From NCBI GenBank assembly GCA_041941365.1, contig JBGTQK010000012.1, positions 13,415 to 77,414 on the forward strand: a stretch of 64,000 nucleotides of DNA. The letters are read 5' to 3'. Below, piece after piece: positions 39,448 to 49,394 of the stretch (positions within the stretch are counted from its first letter, which is position 1; the number at the start of each line of letters is the position of its first letter). The DNA is from Cellvibrionales bacterium. GTDB lineage: Bacteria > Pseudomonadota > Gammaproteobacteria > Pseudomonadales > UBA7434. Under the pieces are notes generated by a model. The model saw nothing but the letters and a program-made list of their open reading frames with translations, had not been told where the DNA came from and did not search any database. Both the position numbers and the translations under genes were made by a program.

Positions 39448-39888
39448 TTACACCTTAGCTCTAGTTTTATTTCGTAATATCACTAAAACTTTTCGCGCAC
39501 AGTCCTTTTCGCCAAAAGAATCAACGGTAAATCGCACCACATCACCTACTCGCAATACTTCGAATAATGTACACAATACATCACTGCCATGAAAAAAGAT
39601 TTGCTGGCTTAGCTCTTCGCAGTAAATAAACCCAAAGTGTTTGGCTTCATGTAAAAATTTAATCACACCAAAATGCCCTAGCTTTTGTTTAATATCATCG
39701 CCCTGGATTTTCCCTTCGTTAATCAACGCTTCAATGTTGTCGTAGTAAGATTCTCCAGCAACGACTTTGGTAGTTTGTGGCGCTTCGATACCCAACTTAA
39801 CTCTCCCTTCTTTGATGCCAAGCAAGATGATATTAACCTCATCACCAATATAAAATCCCTCGCCCAAGCGGCGTATAAAAGAAACCAT
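39448..39888 (-). CDS. CsrA-like domain fused to a cold-shock domain
   Basis: From ATG 39888: MVSFIRRLGEGFYIGDEVNIILLGIKEGRVKLGIEAP (CsrA-like), then GVIKFLHEAKHFGFI..IFFHGS..LRVGDVVRF..ARKV (CSD RNP1/RNP2). Confidence 0.8.
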   Translation of the reverse strand: MVSFIRRLGEGFYIGDEVNIILLGIKEGRVKLGIEAPQTTKVVAGESYYDNIEALINEGKIQGDDIKQKLGHFGVIKFLHEAKHFGFIYCEELSQQIFFHGSDVLCTLFEVLRVGDVVRFTVDSFGEKDCARKVLVILRNKTRAKV

Positions 39889-39931
39889 ACCATCACCCCA
39901 CACGTTATTTACAATACACTTCATGCCTGCT

Positions 39932-40099
39932 TTATTCGTTATTGCCATACGTTTTCTTCTCAACACGTTGAGACATTCTGCTCCGCTTACTCTGTAAAAC
40001 CAAAAAAACAAACAGTGTTATGATCGATATGACTACAATGGCTATAAATAGAAAAATCACGATTTTTATTGATAAACCAATACCAACACTCTCTCCCAT
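39932..40099 (-). CDS. Small single-pass membrane protein (55 aa)
   Basis: Not in the ORF track. RBS AAGGAG, then MGESVGIGLSIKIVIFLFIAIVVISIITLFVFLVLQSKRSRMSQRVEKKTYGNNE*. Confidence 0.5.
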   Translation of the reverse strand: MGESVGIGLSIKIVIFLFIAIVVISIITLFVFLVLQSKRSRMSQRVEKKTYGNNE

Positions 40100-40125
40100 T
40101 CACAACTCCTTGATTCAATAAAACC

Positions 40126-40353
40126 CTAGCGCCTGGCCTTTTTTCTTCGGGCATAAAAATTGGCGTTGTTCTCTACCTTTGGGTGTTTTATCTCAACAGT
40201 TATATTACCTGGCGTTATAACTATAATGCTAAGCTGGTAGTTTTTAATTATATCAACCTGCTTGATTTACACATGCTCCTGTTTGGTCTGAACCTCTGTT
40301 TCAGCAAACAGAATATAAAAGCTTCCACCATTTTTTACTTCTAAAACAGTCAT
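40126..40353 (-). pseudogene. Possible degenerate CsrA-like gene with internal stop
   Basis: RBS AAGGA; MTVLEVKNGGSFYILFAETEVQTKQEHV*IKQVDIIKNYQLSIIVITPGNITVE...RRKKARR*; TAA at 40267-40269. Confidence 0.35.
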
Positions 40354-40807
40354 TTAGCTTATCCTTTTGATGCCAGGTTTTTCTTGGGGGGCTTTTCTTT
40401 ATTCACCGCATAGATCGCTTTGTTTCTATGCACATCCTTTACATAAATACTTTGCTCTTCACCTTTTGCGTTGCGAATAACGATACAACTATATTTTTCC
40501 AAAACCAGAACCTGTTCTTATTTATCCATTCTTCCTACTTTACCCATTAGCCGATCCCATTTTTTGTCTAACGAATCTAACGAAAAAATCCAGATGTTTA
40601 AAAACACTATTTCATACTGAAAAAATGCTGTCAATAGATTATTTATTATTCGATATATATTTTTTCATCTCGAAATCGCTAAACTTTTTTTTCGCTTTAT
40701 ATAAATATTTCTTACTATTCCCTCGTGTATCGCATTAGCGCAATACCACAAATACATGTCTTGCGAAATCGACAGGTTTATTTTTTATTCAATACGAGGA
40801 AAATACT

Positions 40808-41905
40808 ATGTTATACAGTAAAGGTAATAAAGGTGAGTTAAAGGCAAAGATCATAGCTGCTGGTGCAGCCATTCCTAAAGATTCGGTTGTAACCGATGAT
40901 TTATTAAAGTATGTAGACAGTGAAAAACGGTTTGGCATTCCTCATGATTTTATATCAACAAAGCTGGGTATTATAGAAAAACGTATTGCTGACGCTGCAA
41001 CAAAACCTTCAGACTTAGCCATAGAAGCATCTATCAATGCACTAAAACAAAGTAGTACCGATCCTAAAGATATAGATGTCATTATATTTTGTGGTGTTCA
41101 TCGAGATTGGATAGAGCCCTCAACCGCACATAGAGTACAACATGTTTTAGGTGCAAAAAATGCTTATTGTTTTGATATTAGTAACGCCTGCCACGGTATG
41201 ATGAACGGCCTCGATTACGCTAATCAGAAAATCAGGAATGGCGAAATAGAAACCGCTTTGATCTGCACTGGGGAAAAGCTATCTGAAGTTAATCCAGCTC
41301 TCTACGAAAAACTCAAAAACCCTGCTATTAGTATGGAAGAATTTAAACTAACAATCGGGGCTTTGACAGTAGGAGATGCAGGTGGCGCATTGATCATTCA
41401 AGGCTTATCAAAAAAAACAGGCATAACACACATGCAGTTTTATTCCGCTGGGGAATATACTGATTTATGTTCTTTGAATATAACGAATAAAGGTTATGAA
41501 TTTAAAATGGATATGTCAGGTATTTGTCGTGAGGTTATCGACTACGTAAAAATTAAGTTACGCTATGGGTACAAACTCTCAGGATGGTCTGCAAATGATA
41601 TTGACCACTTTATTTGTCATCAAGTTGGAAAGTTACCTCATGCACTTTCATGTCGAGCAAACGGCATAGATATTAACAAATCTGCTTGTACCTATCCGTT
41701 TTTAGGAAACATCACTACAGCAACAATACCTGTAGCAATGTCATTGACGCATTTTAAAAGTGGGGATAAAATGTTAATACAGTCTTCAGGATCAGGGATA
41801 TGTATAGGAAGCACAGGATTGCTATGCTCATATGACAATAACATTAATACTTTACATTCTACCCTCAATTCTCGCGCTTCTTTTAAAGCTGTTAATTGTG
41901 CTTAA
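40808..41905 (+). CDS. OleA/FabH-like condensing enzyme (KS III family)
   Basis: RDWIEPSTA, CFDISNAC (catalytic Cys), TVGDAGGA, HQVG (His), LGNITTATIP (Asn); RBS GAGGA. Confidence 0.88.
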   Translation: MLYSKGNKGELKAKIIAAGAAIPKDSVVTDDLLKYVDSEKRFGIPHDFISTKLGIIEKRIADAATKPSDLAIEASINALKQSSTDPKDIDVIIFCGVHRDWIEPSTAHRVQHVLGAKNAYCFDISNACHGMMNGLDYANQKIRNGEIETALICTGEKLSEVNPALYEKLKNPAISMEEFKLTIGALTVGDAGGALIIQGLSKKTGITHMQFYSAGEYTDLCSLNITNKGYEFKMDMSGICREVIDYVKIKLRYGYKLSGWSANDIDHFICHQVGKLPHALSCRANGIDINKSACTYPFLGNITTATIPVAMSLTHFKSGDKMLIQSSGSGICIGSTGLLCSYDNNINTLHSTLNSRASFKAVNCA

Positions 41906-42773
41906 TGTTAATTTTGATCGATTAATTAAAAACAAATTGATAATCACGTTCTTTGTTTCTTTGTTTTTAGTTAACACCTTGGAGCTTGCAGGGTTTTTGG
42001 TTTTAAACGCAGGCTCCGAACTCTCTTTAGTTGCACTAAAATTATATTATATTTTTTTAGGTTATGTTACTGGCTCTTTCCTTTTAATCAGTGCATCCAT
42101 GTCAATATTGCCCGAAAGAGTATTTAGAATACTTACCACTTTTGTTATGTCTTCATACATTATTCTGGTTTATTTTGTGTTCTGCACACCCTACCTTATT
42201 ATTGATACAATAAAAATGGGATACACAATCACGCGAGTTCCTGGCGAGTGTTATCACTTAATCACTGTGTTTGGATTCTCTACTCTAATTGGTGCTGTAT
42301 TTTTTTTGATTAAGGGAACAAAAAATAAAAATACTCTTGAAGCCAGTCGTTGTAATTTTATGTTAATCGCTACGACTCCGTTCTTTCTTACAATTATTGT
42401 TACTACTTTAGTCATGTTGTTATCTGAAAAAATAAATCTTGCTGGATTTGTATCATTAGCAACAACCTTTATGCTACTTGCACTTATTTTTATTGAATCA
42501 AAATATCATTTATTTAGAGTCAATTCGCGTTTACCTTGGACAAAAGAATATAAAATTAACCGTAAACTAACAAAAATAGTTAATATACATTCATTAACTT
42601 ATAACAACAGAGTTAATTTAGTAGAAATCGTTACTGAAATGGAAAAAGCCTATATGGATTTGGCTCTATATCACTCAAAAGGAGTCCAAGCAGATGCGTC
42701 TAAATTATTAACACTTACACAAAGCACTTTTAGTCGGAAAAAATTAAAATATTTTAAAGCTGAAGAAAGTTAA
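41832..42773 (+). CDS. Membrane one-component regulator: HisKA_7TM-like sensor plus Fis-type HTH
   Basis: About 7 hydrophobic helices with GYTITRVPGECY loop; C-terminus EMEKAYMDLALYHSKGVQADASKLLTLTQSTFSRK matches the Fis HTH_8 pattern. Confidence 0.7.
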   Translation: MTITLILYILPSILALLLKLLIVLNVNFDRLIKNKLIITFFVSLFLVNTLELAGFLVLNAGSELSLVALKLYYIFLGYVTGSFLLISASMSILPERVFRILTTFVMSSYIILVYFVFCTPYLIIDTIKMGYTITRVPGECYHLITVFGFSTLIGAVFFLIKGTKNKNTLEASRCNFMLIATTPFFLTIIVTTLVMLLSEKINLAGFVSLATTFMLLALIFIESKYHLFRVNSRLPWTKEYKINRKLTKIVNIHSLTYNNRVNLVEIVTEMEKAYMDLALYHSKGVQADASKLLTLTQSTFSRKKLKYFKAEES

Positions 42774-43054
42774 CAGCAAAACGCCATACTAAACAATACA
42801 ACTATTCTTTTACCAATACTTATTTCGTTACCTACTTTATAATTAAACTTTTATTATCAAAGTTAACACCCTGAAAATGTCCATTCATACTGAAAAAAAT
42901 AACAACTAACACGATGACTACTAATATGATGTTAAAAATATAAGGCTTCATACGCTTTCTTCTTTTTTTCTCTTTGCTTCAAGGGAATATTAATTTTTAA
43001 ACCTAAACAACTTTTATATTCATACTGCCATTGAGTCTTTATTTTTTTATTGTA

Positions 43055-43146
43055 ATGGCCGGATTGAATTCAAATAGCCTTTAGGCTATTTGAACCCTAC
43101 GGGCTTCGCTTCGCTCGTTGCTGATTGCTTCGCAATCGGTGAACCG
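43055..43146. repeat. tRNA-3'-end-like palindromic repeat element
   Basis: Starts ATGGCCGGATT and ends GAACCG like the adjacent tRNA-Pro T arm; contains hairpins TTCAAATAGCC-TTTA-GGCTATTTGAA and GATTGC-TTC-GCAATC. Confidence 0.55.
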
Positions 43147-43220
43147 TGTCTTAGAACAAACCTTCATTCTAACGATTAATAAAAAAACCCTACTCTAACA
43201 AGCAGGGCTTTTCTATTAAT

Positions 43221-43297
43221 TGGTCGGGATGGCCGGATTTGAACCGACGACCACCACACCCCCAGTGTGGTGCGCTACCAGACTGCGCTACATCCCG
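43221..43297 (-). tRNA. tRNA-Pro(GGG)
   Basis: CGGGATGTAGCGCAGTCTGGTAGCGCACCACACTGGGGGTGTGGTGGTCGTCGGTTCAAATCCGGCCATCCCGACCA; canonical position after ihfA-merR. Confidence 0.97.
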
Positions 43298-43376
43298 ATA
43301 CTTTCTCTGCGTATAAAAACAGAATAGGCTGTATTCAATTAAAATACAGCCTTTCTAACTAATAAACTAAGGGTTT

Positions 43377-43733
43377 TTACGAACTGAGTACGTTATAAAC
43401 TTCTTCTAACTCACCAATCATCTGACGAAGTAGTTGTTGAGACTGAGTGCCATCATCTTTAGCTTTTTCACCATTCATTTGAAGGCGGGCACCACTGATG
43501 GTATAGCCTTGATCGTATAATAAGCTACGGATCTGGCGAATCATAATAACGTCTTGACGTTGATAGTAACGCCTATTACCACGACGTTTTACAGGTTTTA
43601 GTTGGGGGAATTCTTGCTCCCAATAACGTAATACATGGGGCTTTACAGCGCAAAGTTCGCTGACTTCACCGATAGTGAAATAGCGTTTTCCTGGGATTAC
43701 GGGGAGTTCTTCGTTATTGCTGGGTTCCAACAT
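43377..43733 (-). CDS. MerR-family transcriptional regulator
   Basis: [27 protein letters not shown]; conserved position after ihfA. Confidence 0.95.
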   Translation of the reverse strand: MLEPSNNEELPVIPGKRYFTIGEVSELCAVKPHVLRYWEQEFPQLKPVKRRGNRRYYQRQDVIMIRQIRSLLYDQGYTISGARLQMNGEKAKDDGTQSQQLLRQMIGELEEVYNVLSS

Positions 43734-44013
43734 AAGTTTCTACTTGCTGCTTTAGTTTCTGTCCGGGTTTGAATGTTACCACGCGACGAGCCGAAATGGG
43801 TATCTCTTCTCCGGTTTTTGGGTTTCTTCCCGGTCTTTGTTTTTTATCACGTAAATCAAAATTACCAAAGCCGGATAATTTAACCGATTCGTTTGACTCA
43901 AGCGCCAGACGAATCTCTTCAAAAAAGAGTTCTACGACTTCTTTAGCTTCACGTTTGTTTAAACCAAGTTCGTTAAATAAACGTTCCGCCATTTCTGCTT
44001 TTGTTAAAGCCAT
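43714..44013 (-). CDS. ihfA: Integration host factor alpha
   Basis: [34 protein letters not shown]; start set at 44013. Confidence 0.97.
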   Translation of the reverse strand: MALTKAEMAERLFNELGLNKREAKEVVELFFEEIRLALESNESVKLSGFGNFDLRDKKQRPGRNPKTGEEIPISARRVVTFKPGQKLKQQVETYVGTQQ

Positions 44014-44125
44014 TATCCCACCCCGTTTGCTATCCTTCAATATTGAAATTTCAGTTGATTTTAGGGCAACAACATTATAGCGTTTTAAAGCGAAACTTAA
44101 CTTTTATAGCTAACGACTTACTAAT

Positions 44126-46564
44126 CTAACGCAATGTCGCCCCGTATTTTTCCTTCATGGAATCAACCACTCTATCAACAATGGCAGTGACTTCATCGTC
44201 ATTAAGTGTACGTTCAGGATGCTGCCAAGTAAGGCCAATGCCTATACTTTGCTGCCCTTCTACCACACCCTCACCACTGTATCGGTCAAACACAACCAAA
44301 CTAACAAGGTCTTCACCTGAGGCCTGTTTTGCAGTATGACAAACATCGCCTACAGAGATATTCTTGTCAAGCATTATCGCCAAGTCTCTCCTTACTTCAG
44401 GAAACTTCGATAATCCTTTGAATTTTGGCACTTTTTTCTGAGAAATCAAGTTAAGATCAAAGTCAAAAACCCAAATCGGGGAATCTAACCCTAATGTTTT
44501 TTGCAATTTGGGATGAAGAACGCCTAAACAGCCGACATTTTCACCACCAATACTTACTATTGCACTTTGCCCTGGGTGAAGCTGATGAAGGAAGTCTTCA
44601 TGGTTTACTGCTCTAAATTCGACCTCTTTTTGTCCAACCAAACTCAATAATGATTCAACATCCGCTTTTAAATCGTAAAAATCAAACACATCAGGCTGAC
44701 TATTTCTTGCTGTAACTGATTCAGTTTTGGACAGCCACGACTCTGTCAGGCGCTCTCCGGTAATTAAAGCGGCTATTCGATTGATCTGCTTTAATGGATT
44801 TTCCTGATCATTTTCATTTGGCAAAAACACCATACCTGTTTCAAATAAACGAAAACGCTTTTGTTGGCGACTCAGATTATATTTTGCAGTAGAAATTAAA
44901 CCTGGCAATAAACTGGTACGCATAACCGACATGTCACTTGATATCGGATTTTGTAAGGTAACAACCGGGAGTTCCTCAAAGAACTGCTTTTGAATCTCGG
45001 GATCTATAAAGCTGTAATTTATTGTTTCACGATACCCCAAACCTACCATATGTTGCTTGATAACACTGGGGGAAAGAGATTGCTCAGGTGTCAATAAAAA
45101 CTCCATCGCAGAAACTGGAGGCTCAACTGGCAAATTATCGTAACCATAAATACGTGCAAGCTCTTCGAGCAAATCGGCCTCAACATTAATATCAAAACGA
45201 TGTGATGGTGCTTGCAAGTGCCAGCCATCTTCAAATGGTACAGGACGAAATTCCAGGCGCGAAAAAATTTCTTCTACTTTGTTAGGCTCTAGCTCAAAAC
45301 CCAGTATATGTTTTATATTGGCCGACTGTAGAACCACCGTACTATCTTTTTCTACTGTTTTATCAACAACAGTCACTGGCCCGGCATCGCCTCCGGCTAT
45401 TTCGATTAACAACGCTGTAGCACGTTCAATTGCTCTCTCTTGAGCCTTTGCATCAACTCCACGCTCAAAACGATGTGAAGAATCTGTATGCATTCCTAAC
45501 GCTCTTGCTTTTCCGGCATGCAACGATGGTTCAAAGTAGGCAGACTCAAAGAATATATGCCTGGTAGCACTTGAAACTGCTGAAGTTGCCCCACCCATAA
45601 CACCTGCCACTGCTAACACTTCATTAGAAAAACCATCCGCTATAACCAGCATGGATTCATCAAGCTTCACTTCTGAATCATCGAGTAATATTGCATTTTC
45701 CTCTGCTACAGCTCTTCTTACATTAATAGCGCCGAGTTTGTCGAGGTCAAATGCATGCATGGGTTGCCCCAATTCAAGCATGACATAGTTAGTGATATCC
45801 ACAACACAATCAATACAACGCAAGCCTGCTCTTCGTAAGCGTTCTCGCATCCACAATGGTGTCTCTGCAGCGAGATTAACATTACGCACAACTCTACCCG
45901 CATAACGAGGGCAATAATCACTGGCGCTCAGTTCAATTTGTACTGTGTCTGATATAGATTCAGCGACCGGTTCCATTTTTGGCCATTTTAATTCTGTACG
46001 ACTCAATACACCGACTTCTCTGGCAATACCTAACAAAGAGAGGCAATCACCTCTATTTGGTGTTAGGTCAACCTCTATAACAGGGTCTTCCAGTTGCAAG
46101 TATTCTCTAAAATCATTACCGACCGGTGCATCTTCTGGCAATTCAAGCAATCCATCTACAATATCTTCCAGTCCTAACTCGGAAGCTCCACATAACATTC
46201 CCAAAGATTCTACACCTCGAAGCTTGGCTTTTTTTATCACAAAAGCTTCTTCGTCTTCATTCTTGGAGGGCAACTCCGCACCTACTTTGGCAAAGGGAAT
46301 TTTCAATCCTTGAGTAGCATTGGACGCACCACACACAACCTGATAGTTACTCATACCATCAGTCACCATACAAACTCTCAGCTTTTCGGCATCCGGATGT
46401 GGATCGACTGTTTCAATTTGTCCAACTACAACGCCACTAAAATGCGGTGCCGCAGGCTCAACAGCATCCACTTCCAGGCCAGCCATTGTTAAGGTATGAA
46501 CTAACTGGCTAGTACTCAATGAAGGGTTAACCCACTCGCGTAACCATGCTTCACTTACTTTCAT
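44126..46564 (-). CDS. pheT: Phenylalanyl-tRNA synthetase beta subunit
   Basis: MKVSEAWLREWV, LTPNRGDC, RFERGVD, SKFPEVRRD. Confidence 0.98.
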   Translation of the reverse strand: MKVSEAWLREWVNPSLSTSQLVHTLTMAGLEVDAVEPAAPHFSGVVVGQIETVDPHPDAEKLRVCMVTDGMSNYQVVCGASNATQGLKIPFAKVGAELPSKNEDEEAFVIKKAKLRGVESLGMLCGASELGLEDIVDGLLELPEDAPVGNDFREYLQLEDPVIEVDLTPNRGDCLSLLGIAREVGVLSRTELKWPKMEPVAESISDTVQIELSASDYCPRYAGRVVRNVNLAAETPLWMRERLRRAGLRCIDCVVDITNYVMLELGQPMHAFDLDKLGAINVRRAVAEENAILLDDSEVKLDESMLVIADGFSNEVLAVAGVMGGATSAVSSATRHIFFESAYFEPSLHAGKARALGMHTDSSHRFERGVDAKAQERAIERATALLIEIAGGDAGPVTVVDKTVEKDSTVVLQSANIKHILGFELEPNKVEEIFSRLEFRPVPFEDGWHLQAPSHRFDINVEADLLEELARIYGYDNLPVEPPVSAMEFLLTPEQSLSPSVIKQHMVGLGYRETINYSFIDPEIQKQFFEELPVVTLQNPISSDMSVMRTSLLPGLISTAKYNLSRQQKRFRLFETGMVFLPNENDQENPLKQINRIAALITGERLTESWLSKTESVTARNSQPDVFDFYDLKADVESLLSLVGQKEVEFRAVNHEDFLHQLHPGQSAIVSIGGENVGCLGVLHPKLQKTLGLDSPIWVFDFDLNLISQKKVPKFKGLSKFPEVRRDLAIMLDKNISVGDVCHTAKQASGEDLVSLVVFDRYSGEGVVEGQQSIGIGLTWQHPERTLNDDEVTAIVDRVVDSMKEKYGATLR

Positions 46565-46623
46565 TGTTTCGTCTTTTCCTGAAAAAAATTTCTAGATAAA
46601 TCTCTCTATGGTCGCATTAACTT

Positions 46624-47697
<1,074 letters not shown>

Positions 47698-47763
47698 TCA
47701 ATAAGGTTATAAAACTTTTACTCCAACACCACCATTTTTCCAATACTTTCTGCTATAAGAAAG

Positions 47764-47794
47764 AAAAAGGGGAAAGACGTTCGGCCTTTCCCCT
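47764..47794 (-). terminator. Intrinsic terminator between rplT and pheS
   Basis: Minus strand AGGGGAAAG-loop-CTTTCCCCT followed by a T run. Confidence 0.7.
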
Positions 47795-47860
47795 ATAGAA
47801 TGTGTGTGGATCGTTGAATGCATGTGTTTCCTGACGTTAACCCGGAAACAGCTTTGGAGC

Positions 47861-48217
47861 TTAAGCTAATGCGGCCTTTGCTGCTTCAACGACCTTGGTA
47901 AATGCTACTTTATCGTGCACTGCAATATCAGCTAGAACACGACGGTCCAATAAAATGCCTGCTTTTTTCAAGCCTGCGATAAAACGGCTATAACTTAAAC
48001 CGTTAGCACGAGCAGCAGCATTAACGCGAGTAATCCACAAAGCGCGGAATTGACGCTTGCGCTGACGACGATCTCGGTAGGCATACTGACCAGCTTTAGT
48101 TACAGCCTGCTTTGCTACACGAAAAACACGCGAACGTGCTCCATAGTAACCTTTAGCCTGCTTCATAATTTTTTTATGGCGACGGCGTGCTATAACGCCA
48201 CGTTTTACTCTTGCCAT
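47861..48217 (-). CDS. rplT: 50S ribosomal protein L20
   Basis: [26 protein letters not shown]. Confidence 0.99.
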   Translation of the reverse strand: MARVKRGVIARRRHKKIMKQAKGYYGARSRVFRVAKQAVTKAGQYAYRDRRQRKRQFRALWITRVNAAARANGLSYSRFIAGLKKAGILLDRRVLADIAVHDKVAFTKVVEAAKAALA

Positions 48218-48322
48218 GATTTAACTCCTGAACTCTTATTGCAGCCGAGTATAAACACTCAAGCCACATTTAAATATGGATAACAATAGATTAATTCGAT
48301 ACAAATGCCGAGAGACACCACA

Positions 48323-48517
48323 TTAATGAGCGCGCATCATTTTGTCGATAAGTGGCTTATCGCTAGCATGAATTACCGATGTTCCACGTAACTGACGCTT
48401 GCGCTTCGTTGTCATCTTAGTCAGGATGTGGCTCTTGTATGCACTTTTTCGCTTATACCCGGCAGCTGTTTTTTTAAAGCGCTTGGCTGCTCCGCTATGT
48501 ACTTTAATTTTAGACAT
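48323..48517 (-). CDS. rpmI: 50S ribosomal protein L35
   Basis: [32 protein letters not shown]. Confidence 0.98.
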   Translation of the reverse strand: MSKIKVHSGAAKRFKKTAAGYKRKSAYKSHILTKMTTKRKRQLRGTSVIHASDKPLIDKMMRAH

Positions 48518-48781
48518 TTTCTTTTCTCACTTGTCCTAAACCTGTAAAACAGGCATTAACCAGAATACGAGTCAAATAACTGCCTGACGACAGTTTTAGT
48601 TGAGACTCTACGTTTGCATCTAAACGGTTAACTTTATTCTAAAGTGCTATTGTCAAGAAAAGCCTTAAATTCATGACTTCTATTGCAACAAAAGCAATAA
48701 AGGCTATTCCTATCGAACAAACCTGTAGGTTAGTTAAATAGAAAGGCCAGATTTGTGTTGACGTCTAGCTTAAATAGAAGA

Positions 48782-49312
48782 TCAGGCTTTGACCTTTTTC
48801 GGCGCAATAACCATCGACATTTGTCGACCTTCCATTTTCGGAAACTGTTCAACAGTTCCAAATTCTTCCAAGTCTGCTTCGACACGCTTAAGTAGCTCCA
48901 TCCCAAGTTCCTGATGCGCCATTTCACGACCACGAAAACGCAATGTCACTTTGGCTTTATCACCACCTTCTAAAAAGCGTTTCAAATTTCGAAGCTTGAC
49001 CTGATAATCACCTTCTTCGGTGCCAGGTCTGAATTTCATTTCTTTAACCTGAATCTGTTTTTGTTTCTTTTTGGAAGCTGCTTTGCGCTTTTTCAATTCG
49101 AAAAGATGTTTGCCATAGTCCATGACTTTACAAACAACCGGTTCACTGTCTCCAGCAATTTGAACTAAATCCAGAGAAACTGCCTGTGCATTGGCAAGAG
49201 CGTCCGCAATTGGCACCACACCTACCTGAGTGCCTTCTGCATCAATTAGACGCACTTCTTTCGCTTGGATATCTTCGTTTATCAGGGCTTTTTTACTCTC
49301 TTTACCCTTCAC
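48782..49312 (-). CDS. infC: Translation initiation factor IF-3 (start uncertain)
   Basis: [35 protein letters not shown]. Confidence 0.97.
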   Translation of the reverse strand: MKGKESKKALINEDIQAKEVRLIDAEGTQVGVVPIADALANAQAVSLDLVQIAGDSEPVVCKVMDYGKHLFELKKRKAASKKKQKQIQVKEMKFRPGTEEGDYQVKLRNLKRFLEGGDKAKVTLRFRGREMAHQELGMELLKRVEADLEEFGTVEQFPKMEGRQMSMVIAPKKVKA

Positions 49313-49394
49313 GCTTTCGAACCACCCGTTTTTCGCAAATTAATATCTACTCTCCAAAAAAATTAAAAACAAATCAAATAGTTAAATAATAAAA

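Larger units (their letters stand above)
26527..43081. mobile_element. Putative accessory island downstream of tRNA-Pro, bounded by a 22-bp direct repeat
   Basis: CGGATTGAATTCAAATAGCCTT at 26527-26548 and 43060-43081; IS remnants and toxin/immunity cargo; no integrase seen. Confidence 0.55.

Noticed and set aside
39889-40011. N-terminal extension of the CsrA-CSD ORF as given in the track
   Set aside because: It overlaps a better-supported small TM ORF, and the CsrA fold begins at Met 39888.
26527-43081. Prophage or ICE interpretation of the island
   Set aside because: No integrase, relaxase, or structural or conjugation genes are present.
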